Source: the human T2T-CHM13v2.0 reference genome, Homo sapiens
Assembly: GCF_009914755.1 (NCBI RefSeq)
Contig: NC_060945.1
DNA: 64,000 nucleotides
Reading direction: 5' to 3' (one strand)
A program made the translations under genes and the position numbers. Positions 1 through 14,368 of the stretch are shown here, piece after piece (the stretch's first letter is position 1; each line of letters starts with the position of its first letter). A model generated the notes under the pieces. That model did not search any database. It was not told the origin of the DNA and worked only from the letters and a program-made list of their open reading frames with translations.

Positions 1-164
1 CTACAAGCACTTGCCACTATGCTTGGCTAATTTTTGTATTTTTAGTAGAGACAGGGGATTCACCATGTTGGCCAGGCTGGTCTTGAACTCCTGACCTCAG
101 GTGATCTGTCTGCCTCGGCTTCCCAGAGTGCTGAGATTACAGGTGTGAGTCACCACGCCTGGCC
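1..164 (-). mobile_element. AluS (Sx/Sz-like), cut by the window edge
   Basis: Reverse-complement Alu left arm (ctgacctcaggtgatc ... gattacaggtgtgagtcaccacgcctggcc); abuts MaLR internal sequence. Confidence 0.95.
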
Positions 165-370
165 CACTATTGTATCTTGGAAGTAACTAACTTGTTTTTG
201 ATTTTACAGACTCAGAGGCAGAAGGGACTTCCTTGTCTCAGATGAGACTTCTGACTACGGACTTTTGAGTTAATGGTGAAATGAGTTAAGACATGAGAGA
301 CTGTTGAGAAGGGAGAATTCTATTTTGCAATATAAGAAAGACATGAGATTTGGGAGGGGCTGGGGCAGAG
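165..370 (+). mobile_element. MST/THE1-type MaLR internal sequence, 3' end
   Basis: gaagggacttccttgtctcagatgagactt ... gagatttgggaggggctggggcagag, a purine-rich tract directly before an LTR start. Confidence 0.85.
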
Positions 371-759
371 TGATATGCTTTGGATTTGTGTCCCCACCTA
401 AATCTTACGTCAAATTGTAATACCCAGTGTAGGAAGAGGGGCCCAGTGGGAGGTGATCGGATCATCGGGGCAGATTTCCCTCTTGCTGTTCTCATGATAG
501 TGAGTGAGTTATCACGATATCTGGTTGCTTGAAAGTGTGTAGCACCTTCAGCTTCACTCTCTTCCTCCTCTGCCCATGTAAGATGTGCCTTCTTCCCTTT
601 TGCCTTCTGCCATGATTTTAAGTTTCCTGAAACTTCCTCAGACATGCTTCCTGTACAGACTGCAGAACTGAGTCAATTAAAACTCTTTTCTTTATAAATT
701 ACCCATCTCAGGTAGGCCATTGCTAGGTCTTTAGAGCAATGTGAGAATGGACTAATACA
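371..759 (+). mobile_element. MSTA-like MaLR LTR (3' LTR of a provirus)
   Basis: Starts tgatatgctttggatttgtgtccccacc, ends ggactaataca, with a typical MST body. Confidence 0.9.
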
Positions 760-1590
760 GAATCATACACGATAAGCTGTGTTAAGAGGTTTTTATTCAT
801 AGAAGCATATATCTTGACCTAAGTTTAACATTTCTAATGATGAAAAGACATAAGGGCATTACGGTGGAAATGTCCTCTTTATACCGTCTTATTGCACTTG
901 CCATAACAGATATCAGCATCCTTAACACAGGAGGGAGGAAGCTTTCCCTCCATGCTTCAGAGTATGTTTTTAACTTAAATAAAAGGTAATTTCAATGAAA
1001 TAAGTTTACTGTGTAACTTTAGAATTGGATCTAAGGTGCACATGTGTTATTGTATTTCAGTGTTATTTATTGCAAGGAAATTAATAGTTGCGTTTTAGGT
1101 GGTAATTATTTTTCATTCTTGGGTTTTTATTTCTACTTGTATATTCAGTAGCATCCCTAAGCAAAATATTATAACACCAACAAAATATTTTTCATTAACA
1201 ATTTTTTGTTAGAATAATAATGAGGCAAGAACAAAGAAGCTATGTATAAATTAAAAAGAATAATAATATGTCAAGCATAATTTTTTTAAAAGGATTCAGT
1301 AAACCAAGTTTTAAAAGACTGTAGAGAAAAATGTGGGTAGTGGGACATATTATCCAATATATCCAGATGTGTAATTCATATAAGGAAAAAAGCTGAGATA
1401 CCTCTGAAGGATAATGATATCCAGTTTGCCATATATAAGTTCATAAGCTGTGTACTTTACAACTTAACCCCAGTTTTATAGTTTAACATTTTCTTTTTCT
1501 ACCCTATTCCGTGGGGACTGGATTCTCTAACTATTCATTAATTATCAACTCTACTAACAAGCAAAGCTTTTCAAAGTTTAGCTTGGTTCT

Positions 1591-1970
1591 TATAATAGTC
1601 TGTTCTTGTCTTGCTATAAAGAAATACCTAGACTGGGTAATTCATAAAGAAAATAGGTTTGATTGACTCATGATTCTGCAGGCTGTACAGGAAGCATAGT
1701 GACTTCTGTGACGGCCTCAGGAAACTTGCTCATGGCAGAAGGCAAACTGGGAGCAAGTATCTTACATGGCTGGAGCAGGAGAAAGAGAGAAAGGAGAGGG
1801 GCAAACACTTTTAAACAATCAGGTCTCGTGAGAACTTTATCATAAGAATAGCACCAAAGGGAGAAATCCACCCACGCGATCGAATCACCTCCCACCAGTC
1901 CCCACCTCCAACATTGGCGGGTTCAATTCAACATGAGATTTAGGCAGGGAAACAAATCCAAACCAAATCA
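1591..1970 (-). mobile_element. MSTA/MSTB solo LTR
   Basis: tataatagtctgttct...ttgctataaagaaatacc to aaatccaaaccaaatca; 5-bp TSD gttct/gttcc. Confidence 0.9.
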
Positions 1971-2354
1971 GTTCCATTCAAAAACATAAAACAAGGTAAT
2001 TTTTGTCTTGATGGTTTGATTATATGAACTAAAATTATAGCAATAGGGTAACTGCATAATACCATTTAATGTCCATATTTGCCATCACTTGAGAGAGATA
2101 CATGACTCATAATGAAAGGCTTTTAAGTAATCAGAAATTCGTAACACAATAATTAAATCAATTTTTATTGAAGCTATCAGATAAGTAAGTTATTCTAGAC
2201 TACATTCTTTTCTCCAAAAGTTAAATAAATCAATAAATAGAAAATAGTATATGTACATTTAACATTTTTCAGGTGAGGAAGGATTATGTAGAATCAGGAG
2301 AATGAGACAAACATTCATCAATCACTAGGATAACAAACTAATGATAATAATTTT

Positions 2355-5300
2355 GACTTCTAGTTTCCAGTCTGGCATGTAAGAAGCTTTAACCCACCTA
2401 TCTATCGTAACAACAAATAAAAAGCTGAACAAACTGAAAGATCAACAACTCTTCTTAGATTCATCCGAAAAATGAAGTTACAGGGGAAACTACCGTCCCC
2501 AGAATTTGAGGTGGATTGGAGGTGGATAGGTGGATGAAATCACAACTTATCAGATCAGAAATCCACCAACAGAAAAAGAGGAAGCAGTAGTAGGGGAGGA
2601 AAACCTGAACTGTATTTGATGCATTCTGGTGAGGGAAGTGGAAAAGTAACCACTTTGAAATATGCCAGAACATTGTCTCTTGCTTACATTGAGGCCTGCC
2701 CTCGAGAGAAATTATTTTACCAAAGCCTAATCTATCAATATCTTATCAAAGTTTTACTGACTTGGTGAAAGAGAAATACCTAACTCCAAACCCTTCTAGG
2801 CATCAAGAATCACCGAAGAGGGTTAAAAAAAAAAAAAACAAAAACACAAAAGCAAAGACTAGAAGCATTTGTGGGGTTCACAGCCCAGGGGTTCAGGCAT
2901 ACTGAAGTATAGAGAACTAATTCTAAGACCATAGGACACTTCTTCTCCACATCTTCCCACCACATTACTAAAGGCTTATTTTCCACAGATTCTTTTACCC
3001 AATAGATTACGTCACTCTTTCAACAAAAACAACAAAATTACAAGACATGTAAAGGGGAAATAAAACAGTTTGATGAGACAGAGTAAGCATTAGGACAAGT
3101 CTTAGGTATGGCAGAGATGTTAGAATTATCAAACCATGAATGCAAAACAGTTGTGATTAATATAATAAAGGCACTAATGAAAAAAGTATACAATAGGCCA
3201 GAACAGATGGATAATATAAGTAGAGAGATGGAAAATCTAAGAAAGAATAAAAAAGAAATAATAGAGATAAAATTCACCATAACATAAATGAAGAATGCCT
3301 TTGACAGATTTTTCAATAGAAATTTCAAAAACTGAAAAGTGAAGAGAAAAAAGACTACCAAAGAAAAAAAGAAAGGGGACAGATGTCCAAGAACTGTGAG
3401 ACAACTACAAAAGGTGTAACACATGTGTAATGGAATACTAGAGGAGAAGAAAGGAAGGAAGGAAATATTTAAAGCAATAATGATGAAGAATTTTCCTAAA
3501 TTCATATCAGACACCAAGCTACAAATCAAGAAAAATCAGAGAATGTCAAACAAAATAAATCCCAAAAATTAAAATAAAAGTACACTGAAGCATATCATAG
3601 TCAAACTGCAGCAAATCAAAGATAAACATAAAATCTTCACAGAAGCCAGTGGTGGTGGGGGAAGAAACATCTCATATATAGAGGATTAAAGATAAAAATA
3701 ATATCAAACTTATTCGCAAAAAGTATGTATGCAAAGAGAGACTAGTGCATTATTTAAAAAAGTGTTGATAGAACAAAACCACTGGCCTAGAATTCTGTAC
3801 TATGCAAAATTATCTATCAAAGTGGAAGGACAAATAAAGGCTTTCTCAGACAAAAATTGAGAGAATTTGTTGCCAGTAAACCTGTTCTGCAGGAGATATT
3901 AGAAGTCCTTCAGAGAGAGGAAAAATGGAAAAGTTTAGAAGGTTGGATCTATATCAAGAAAAGAAGAACATTAGAGAAGGAGTAACTTAGAAAAAATAAA
4001 ATGTTTTATTTTTCTTATTCTAACTGATCTAACAGATAACCATCGCTCAAATAATAGCAACCATATATTTGATTATGTATGCATATATACAAATATATTT
4101 GTGTGTGTATACATATGCTCACATACATAGAGATATATAGAGAGATATATATATATTTGAATGCTTGAGTTTAAGTAAAATAAATGACAGTAAGAAAACC
4201 AATGACAGGAAGGAGGAATGAGAATTATTTTGTAATTATTAAATACACTATTCAGAAAGCAGTAAGATTTCATTTTAAAAGTGACTTTAGTTATGAATGT
4301 ATACTGCAAACTCTAGGACAACCACTAAAACAAATAAAGAAAAGGGGGGTTGTAACTGATATGCTAAGAAAAGAGAGAAAATAGAATCACATTAAATGAT
4401 TAATTGAAACTACAAAACGCATAAAAAATGCAACAAAAAATAGGAAGAAAGAAGAAGGGCAAAAAATAGAAAACGGTAACAAATATGGTAGATATTAACC
4501 TGACTTTATCAATGATCACTCTAAATATAATTTGTTCAAATATACAATTAGAAGCTAGAAATTGACATAATGGATTAAATAAAACAGAAACTACATATTA
4601 TCTACAAGAAACTGTGTTTAAATATAAACATAAAGGTTAAATTAAAGTGATAAAGGTAAACCATTCTGAAACTGATCAAATCAAGCAATTAATTTTAGAC
4701 AGAGCAGATTTCAGAGCATGGAAAGTTGTTAGGAATAAAGAGGGACATCATTTCATAATAAAGGATCAATTATACAAAAAGACAAAATATTTCATATAGA
4801 TAATGATGCACCTAACCACAGAGCATCAAAATATGAGGTAAAAACTATAAGGAGGAAACGATGAATTCACTATTTTAGTTGTAAACGTCAACACCACTGT
4901 ATCAGAAATGGGCAGAATCAGCAGGCAGAAAATCAATAAGAACATAGTTGAACTCAACAGCATCATCAGTCACCTGGATATAATTGACATCTATAGACTA
5001 CTTCATTCAATAACAGCAAAATACACAATCTTTTCAAGCTCACATAGAAATTCACCAAAATAGACCGCAATTCTGTGACAAAAATACACGTTAAGTATTT
5101 TTTTTAAATGGAAATGATGCAATGTTGGCTCTCAAGCAAGAGTGGTATTAAACTAGAAATTAAAAAAAAAAAAAAACAGACAGCTGAGAAATCCCCCAAA
5201 AATTCAGAGACTAAACAATGTATGTCTAAAGAAGAAATCTCTGGGCATATTTAAAATTATTTTGAACTTAAACAAAATACAATTTATTGCAATTTGTGAG

Positions 5301-8260
5301 GTGTAGTGAAAGCAGTGCTTAGAGGAAAATGTATAGCACTGAAGGCAAATATTATAAAAGAAGAAAGATTTAAAATAAATAATCAAACTTCCAAGTTAGG
5401 AAAAACAGAGAAAAAGAGCGAATTAAATCCAAAGTGAGATGAAAAAGTAAATAGTAAAAATTAGAGCAGAAATCAATAAAATTGAAAATAGTAAATCAAT
5501 GTAGAAAGTTAATATTTAAAGCTTGTTCTTTGAACAGATCGCTAAAGTTGATAGCCAAGCTAAGGAACAAAAAAAAAGCAAGAGAGAGAGAAACACAAAT
5601 TACTGATAATCAGAAATGAAAGAGGAAGCATCACTACACATTCCATGAACATGAAAAGGATAATAATGGAATACTTTGAACAATTTTATGCCTACAAATG
5701 TGACAACCTAGATGAAATGAACCAACTTCTAGAAAGATACAATCTGCCAAAACTCACACAAGAAGAAATAAGAAATCTAAGTGGCCATGTATCTACTAAA
5801 GAAATTTAATCTACAATTAATAAAATTCAAAAACAGAAAGCAACAGGCCCAAAGGGGTTCACTAGTGAATTTTCCCAATTATTTAAAAATCATGATACCA
5901 TTTATCTACAATCTTCTCCAAGAAGTAGCCTGAAGGAATACTTCCTAGCCTATTTTATGGGCATTATACTAATATCAAAGCTAGACAAAGACATTACAAG
6001 AAAATAAAACTACAGACCTATATCTCCCATGAACTTAGATGAAAACATTCTCAAGAACATATTAACAAATTGAATCCAACAATACATAAAAATATTAATA
6101 TACCACAACGAAGACCCAGTGACATTTATCTCAGTTATGCAGGCCTGGTTCAGCATTTGAACATTAATTAATGTAATTCATCACATCAACATGCTAAAGA
6201 AGAAAAATTACATGATTATATATCTATATACCACTTAATCATGATGAAAAGTCTCAGCAAACAAGAAATGGAGGCTAGCTTCCTCAGTGTAATAAAGAAT
6301 TCTTATAAAAATCCCAAAAGCAAACATCATACTTAGCTTTCCTGTTAAGATCAGAAACAATCCAAGGATGTCTCTTCTCACCACTGTTTTCCAACATTGT
6401 ACTGAGTGTCCTTGCTAATGCAATGAGAGGAGAAAATGAAATAAAAAGCCTACAGATTGGGAAGGAAGAAATAAAGCTGGCTTTGTTCAAAGCTAATATA
6501 TTCCTCTCTGTAGAAACTTATATATTCCTCTCTGTAGAAACTTCTAAAGAATGGAGAAAAACAACTAAAAAACTTCTGGCACTAATAAGTAATTATAGCA
6601 AGGTCAGATAATACAAGGTTAATAGAAGATCAAATGTTTTCATATATAGCAGCAATGAAGAAATGGGATTTGAGATTAAAAACACATTACTATTTACATG
6701 AGCACCATCAAAAATGAAATACTTATGTATAAATCTAACTACCTATGTATATCTATATGAGGAGTACTATGGAACTCTGATGAAATAAATCAAATAAAAA
6801 CTAAAGAGAGTTGTTTTATGTTCATGGGTATGAAGGTTCCATATTATCAGGATGTCAGTTCTTCCTAACTTGAACCATAGAATCAATGTAATCCCAATCA
6901 AAATCCCAGGAGGTTATTTCTATTCTTGGATATCAACAAACTGATTGTAAAGTTTATATTGAGAATCAAATGATCCAGGATAACCCATAGATCATAGACC
7001 TAAATGTAAAACACAAAACGATAAAGCTCCTAGAAGATAACTTAGGAGAAAGCCTGATGACCTTGGGGATGATGATAATTTTTTAGATGAAAAACTAAAG
7101 GCACAATCCATGAAAGTAAGAATTGATAAGCTGAACTTCATTACAACTAATAACTCCTGCTCTCCAAGAGACATGGTCAAGAAAGTTAGTAAAATACCCA
7201 CAGACTTCAAGAAACTATTTGCAAAAAACACATCTGATAAAGGATTGTTATCCAAAATAATGAAATAACTTTTTAAAATCAACAGTAAGAAAATAAATAA
7301 CATACTTTTAAAATGGTCAAAGAGACCTGAAGAGACACCCGAACAAAGAAGGTAAATAAACCATTAAGGAATTGCAAGTTAAAACAACAAGATACCACTA
7401 TGTAGATACTTATTAGAATGACCAAAATCCAAATAATGATGACACCAAATGCTGACAAGGATGTGGAGCAAAAGGAACTCTCATTCATTGCTGGTAGAAA
7501 TGCTAGATCCTACAGCGACTTTGGAAGACCTTAGTTTGGCAGTTTCTTACAAAATTGATCATACTCTCACCATAAGATTCACCAATTGTGCCTTGATATT
7601 TACCCAGAAGAATTAAAAATTTATGCACACATGAAAACCTGTGCATGGATGTTTATAGAAGCTTTACCTATAATCACCAAATGCAATCAAGATGTCCTTC
7701 AGTAATTAAACAGATAATTATACTCTGACACATCCAGACAATATAATATTATTTAGCACTAAAAATAAATGAGTTATCAGGCCTTGAAAAGACAGGGAAG
7801 AATATTATATGCATATGGTTAAGTTAAAGAAGCCAATCAGAAAAGTCTGCATTTGTTATGATTCCAATTTATAATATTGTGAAAAAAGCAAAACTGTGGA
7901 GACTTAAAAAATCAATGGTTACCTGGGATTGAGAGGAAGAGGAGATGACTTGGTGGAGGACAAAGAATTTTTAGCACATTGAAACTATATTGTATGATAC
8001 TACTATAATGGTGAATACAAGTCATTACACATTTGTCCAAACCCATAGAATATATAACACCAAGAGTGAATCTTAATGCAAACTGTTGGCTTCAGATGGT
8101 AATGTGTCAGCAGGTTCATAGGTTGTAATAAATGTGCCATGGGTGCCAATAGTGGGGTAGGTGTGTGTATGAGGTGGGGGACAGGGGATATTTGGGAATT
8201 CTGCTCTTTTTGCTCAACTTTGCTATAAAGCTAAAACTTTCCCCCAAAATAAAAAAGAAG
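2355..8260 (+). mobile_element. Near-full-length degenerate L1 (L1MC1-like 3' end, L1MC/MD-type 5' end)
   Basis: 5' start gacttctagtttccagtctggcatgtaagaagc; ORF1-like ~3040-3960; decayed ORF2 from ~4484 with stops and deletions; L1MC1-type 3' UTR acaccaagagtgaatcttaatgcaaac...; A-rich end. Confidence 0.9.
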
Positions 8261-9569
8261 TATATTTTAAAAAAATTCAGTGCCAATACTGTAAAAATAA
8301 TAAAGTATGAAAGTATATTATTTATGTTTTGCATTGTTAATGCTCTAACTGAAAATGTTCTTAATATTGGTTCTAATTGCTGAAGACTAGGCTATGATTA
8401 CCAAGAAACTTGTCCTGTGACAATCTATGCATATTAGCAGAAGAGGCTTGCCTATGGAAAGAGAGAAATACAGCTAACTACATTACTGCTTCATACATTA
8501 CTGCTTCATTTCATTCGCCACATATCTGATTTGGTTTTTGAAAGATATCCACTCTCTTCTTCATTCTGGATCATTGATTGTCAGTGGAATCTTTACCCAC
8601 CCATTTAGATCCTGTAAGAAGAACCATAAGAGAAGTTTCCTGATATGTAAAGCATACTCTCCTTGTATATTCATAATCAATACATTTAATGTGATTTTTT
8701 TATTCTACGGATGGATAATTTTTGAATAAAATGCGTAGAACATAGTTGTATAAGTGTCACGACACACTTGGAGGTCATTTCCAGAGCTCACTAAATTTAA
8801 GATTTTATTTAGTCTGTGTGACAATACCAAATCAACATTAGAAAAATACCCTTAGGACCACAGTCGTTTTAACCCAATTACCTCTCTGAATCTATTCAAT
8901 TTATTTACAGCCATAGTAGCTGTTCTATTTGGCATTTCTATTTTTCATTGTCACTTCTCATTAATGGACTGGTTCAGTTCATGTCATTTGATGACTTCTG
9001 CATTGTCATTTTACTTCATTAACTGATTATTTTCTAATTGCTATTTTATGCCACTGTTTGATTCATCAGCTTTTAATATTCTGCTTAATTGACTTCTTTG
9101 TCTAAATGATGTGAGGGATAATGTGGCCGAATTTATTATTTAGCTTCCAAATTATGACATAGTGAAAGCTCAGTTTTGTTGTTCCATTTTCTAGATAGTA
9201 AAAATAAGGAAATATATTTGCATTCCAAATAAACACCTTTCATTAAAATATTCTTACTTCCTGCCTTTTTCAATTCCTTGTCAAAGATAAATAGCTTCAG
9301 AGACATCTAAGTATCATTTCTCATTTTTTGTAAGATTACATTTCATGAGATTTTTAAATCACAACTCAGATAACATTTTACATTATTTAGTAAAAAATTT
9401 TAAATCATTAACCTGGGAATAAAAGAAATTGGTGATTACAGCAAGAGTGTGTTTGGACTTTTATCAGCAGAGGTAGCATTATCAAATAGTAATTTTACTA
9501 ACAAAAAAATTATAAAGTGCTGAAGCTCAATTTATTTTTACATGTTTAATATTTTCTTATTGTAACTCT

Positions 9570-9695
9570 CACTGAGGAGGAATCTAGGCCACAAACAGTT
9601 TAACCTGACCAATTTCATGTAGCAATTAAGTGACAGAGCTGAGATTCAAAGCCAACTTTGCGTAACATAAAAGCCTGAGTTCTAGCTATACTCTT
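9570..9695 (-). mobile_element. MIR fragment
   Basis: gaggaatctaggccacaaacagtttaacctgacc...aagtgacagagctgagattcaaagcc, the MIR core in antisense. Confidence 0.65.
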
Positions 9696-9994
9696 ACGTA
9701 ATGGATCATGTGGAGTCCGAAGTCAGGGGATACATATAGTGCTGAGAAACAAAGATAAAAGCTCTTATTCTCAACCCATGACAGTTATCTCCGATATCTT
9801 CATTGACAAAGCTCTTCAAAGTCCTAATCTTTCTGCTTACTTGTTAGCCATGATGCATAAGAATCTCATTCAAAGCTAGAAATTTGGTCCATAGAGCACA
9901 AAATCTTGGGTATAGCATAAATACCTCACCTGGATTGTTACCATTTCCTTAGGATACTCCACTTTCCCCTATTCTCACATGAAATACAAAAACA

Positions 9995-10430
<436 letters not shown>

Positions 10431-10559
10431 TTAGCTTAAGCATCTAAATGTCTGATGCAAAAACATCAGAAAATGCAGACATTGGACAATTTGATTCAGT
10501 GTGCCTAGAAAAGAGGAGAATACTGTGAGCAATTCTAATGATTCAATACATGATTCTCC

Positions 10560-11040
10560 CACTTAAGAAAACAAATAATGTTCATACAGTGTCATAAATG
10601 CTTTAATGGATAATTACACAACAGGTCCTTGAAACTTGAGACCAAGTTATCTGGGGAGAGGGCATCATGATATTTAAGCTGGATTATAAAGAATGAACAG
10701 GAATATATTGAAGCAATGAAATGAGAAGCTATGTGCTAGGAAGCAGTCTGTGAAAGGCAGGGAAAACAGGACCTGTGACACATTTGCAAAGGCTCAACTT
10801 GCTAATTATGACAAAGTAAGTGATTTGAAAGTCAGCAGTGGGAAGATGTGCTGGGCGGGAGACGGCAACCACAAGGTCATGAATGGTCTTACCAAGCACA
10901 GGTATTTAGGCTTTTCATCTTGGCCTGAGGAGCGCTCCAACTTCTTCAAGCAGAAAATAATTACATGGTTGGAAAATGTGGGACAAAAGAGGTGTGAGTC
11001 ATCAGACAAGGATATACTTCAAGGGGTGCAACAAAGGCTA
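10560..11040 (-). mobile_element. L2 fragment
   Basis: Purine-rich L2 3' region in antisense (tgatatttaagctggattataaagaatgaacagga...); highly diverged. Confidence 0.5.
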
Positions 11041-11218
11041 TGATTACTATCTGTCTTACCTCATTCAAGTCTGTTTATCGTAGAGGAATTACAAGGACTC
11101 TGCAAGGGACTGACATGCTAAGTGTTCAATAGCTATTGACTCTATAGTGCCACTTATGAAGCATATTGAACTAGATAACTAGATGTTTCTCTTTTCTCAT
11201 ATGTTGGAGCTTCCCTAA

Positions 11219-11522
<304 letters not shown>

Positions 11523-13515
11523 TGAGCTTGGCTAACTTTTGATGCTCTCTCATCCTGCTTATGACTGAGGAAATGGATGATTTATAACAGGGGAAATGGG
11601 TAATTTTTTTAGAACTTAATTTTCTTAACTATTTTAAGTACGAGGGACTGAACACCTTTATCACTGCAGTGCCAGTGCAGAGGAATCATAGTCAGCTTCT
11701 CTAAATACAGGGTTTTCCTCTGTAAAACTACCTACCAGTTGGCCAGAGTATGATCAGAAATGACACGGTAGTTGGCAAAACAGCCTCTTCACTATCCATA
11801 TGTGTTGCCCGATCTCTTAAGTCATTTTAAGGTTCAGTCAAGAGTCAAGGCAAGAATTTTAAAGAAGTTATGAGACTAAGACCTATTATTAATTTAACAG
11901 GAAATATTTTTAGTAGATTTAGAAAACTGGCCTGGAAAAATGTGACTCAGTTTTAAATGGATTCAAATTGTGATTTCGCTTAGGAAAATTTTGTTTCAAG
12001 AATGGCTCAAATAAAGGTTAAAAAACTACTTTTCACAAGAAGAACATTTTATATAGTTTTGTTGTTGTTGTGCTATAATATATAAAGGCATCATCTTAAT
12101 ATTTTCTTGGTCATTGCAAATCCTAAAGAACATAAAAAATTTCTGGAAGAATGTGGGGAAAATAGCAACACAGATTTCTCAGCAATATTTTTTTAAAATC
12201 TTAATGAGGAATGTAGTTTTCAGTTTTTCACAATATCCAGTTAGCTTATAACTAGCAATAACCGTTGTTCTGATACTCATTTAGTTTAACATTCAGTGTT
12301 ATAGCTTCATTTTATAGTTGAGGTTAAGTGCACACATCTTGAGAAAAAAAATACAGAAAATACAGCTAATACACTGATTTTTTTTTTTGCAAAGCAAATA
12401 TCTTGCCTTGCTTTCTCTCTTAAACACACTGAAGTTCTAGAAGAGATTTGAAAGCATTTTATTCCATTCATAGGAGATCAAAAATAAAAGAGAGTTATAC
12501 CTTTTGGAAATGTAATGAAGCACTACGTTGTTCATTGTTCCAGTATGTTGAAATACTTAAGTAGCTTTTAATAATTATAAACAATTAGACATTTTTTTTT
12601 GTTTTTCATTTAACACTTCTGAGATGGCTGATATTTAGAAAATACATGCTAGGAATGATCCTATGCAATTTCAGGTATTTCTCTGATAGATAACTCAGTC
12701 CATAACCTAGTAACACTCAGTCTAATACATTGAGGTAGAAGAAATAAGAAAACAGCTCAATAGAGCAAGATAATAATAGATTTAGCCTTGGATTTCCAGC
12801 CTAATTTTTGGAAACAGATGCTCTAGCATATTTTTGTGTGTTTTTTCCCATGCCAAGCTGATCATAGCCCCTAATGGTATGACACATAAAGCACTTAAAA
12901 TACAAACACATTGTAACCCTAAATGGAAGAAGGGGATCTGATGAAAACAATCATTGTTTAGATGTTTCTCAGAAAAAGAGCTTAACATTTTTTTCAAAAT
13001 ATATTGCTATTGCTTCACTAGCAAAGAAGGTGCTAAAAATGACAACTGCAAAATTTTCTTGAACATTCTGTATCATAAAACACAATCATTTTTCCACTCT
13101 CAACTTTTTAGGAACTAAAACAAAGATCCTTGCCATCAGTTAGAATAACAGGAAATAGCAGTGCTTACAGACAGATGGCTCAATAACCTTCCTAATGAAG
13201 GTCGTCTTCTCCTTCTGGATCCTTCCCTGGACTGACTCAATAGAAAGCAAAACAATTTTCACAAGATTACAATATCCACACAATAAAATTTCCAACAAAG
13301 AACTCCAAACCTTTGACAGATATTTAATAATATAGTTTAAGTTTAAGTTCTGACTATCATTTCCACTAATACCACACTGATACAGGCAACCATTGCCTCA
13401 CATATTGATCATCATAATAGGCTTCAGGCATTTTCTCACTCCAAAATATTGTTTAAATTATTTTTGACTAATTTTCATTAAATATTGTATTCAATACATA
13501 ATTTCTTTATGTTCT

Positions 13516-13763
13516 TGATATGGTTAAGGTCTGTATCTCCACCCAGTTCTCATCTTGAATTGTACTCCCGTAAATCTCATGTGTTGTTGGAGAGACCCCG
13601 TGGGAGATCATTGAATCATGGGGGCAGTTTTTCCATACTGTTCTCATGATAGTGAATAAGTCTCACGAGATCTGATGGTTTCACCAGGGGTTTCTGCTTT
13701 TGCATCTTCCTCATTCTCTCTTTGCCTGCTGCCATCCATGTAAGACAGAACTCGCTCCCCACA
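13516..13763 (+). mobile_element. THE1 (A/B-like) 5' LTR with its distal part deleted
   Basis: tgatatggtt...gaataagtctcacgagatctgatgg; jumps from ctcgctcccc to the terminal aca. Confidence 0.88.
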
Positions 13764-14368
13764 GTAAATTGGTGCCAGAAGTGGGGTGTTGCTTAAAAGA
13801 TAACCAAAAATGTGGAAGCGACTTTGGAACTGAGTAACACGCAGAGGTTGGAACAGTTTGGAGGGCTCAGAAGAAGACAGAAAAATATGGGAAAGTTTGA
13901 AATTTCCTAGAGACTTGTTGAATGGCTTTTCTCAAAATTGCTGATAGCAATGTGGACAATAAGGTTGAGGCTGAGGTGGTCTCAGATGGAGATGAGAAAA
14001 TTGTTGGGAGCTAGAGCAAAGGTGACTCTTGTTTTAGCTAAGAGACTTGTGGCATTTTATTCCTGCCCTAGAGATCTGTGGAACTTTGAACTTGAGAGAG
14101 ACGATTTAGGGTACCTGGCAGAAGAAATTTCTAAGCAGCAAAGCATTCAAGAGGTGACTGGTGTGCTGTTAAAGGCATTCCATTTTATTAGAGAGGAAAC
14201 ATAAAAGTTCAGAAAATTTACAGCCTGATCATGTGATAGAAAAGTAAATCTCTCTTACTGAGGAGAAATTTAAGCCAACTGCAGAAATTTGCACAAGTAA
14301 CGAGGAGCCAAATGTTAATCCCCAAGACAATGAGAAAAATGTCTTTAGGGCATGTCAGAGGTCTTCAC
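13764..14368 (+). mobile_element. THE1 internal sequence, 5' part only
   Basis: gtaaattggtgccagaagtgggg...gaactttgaacttgagagagacgatttagggtacctggcagaagaaatttctaagcagcaaagc; ORF 13938-14204 is the MaLR ORF relic (CPRDLWNFELERDDLGYLAEEISKQQSIQ). Confidence 0.9.

Noticed and set aside
286-645. 119-aa minus-strand ORF
   Set aside because: Entirely within MST internal and LTR sequence.
3038-3529. Longest ORF (163 aa, hydrophobic, membrane-like)
   Set aside because: Antisense reading of A-rich L1 ORF1; the Phe/Leu/Ile bias is compositional.
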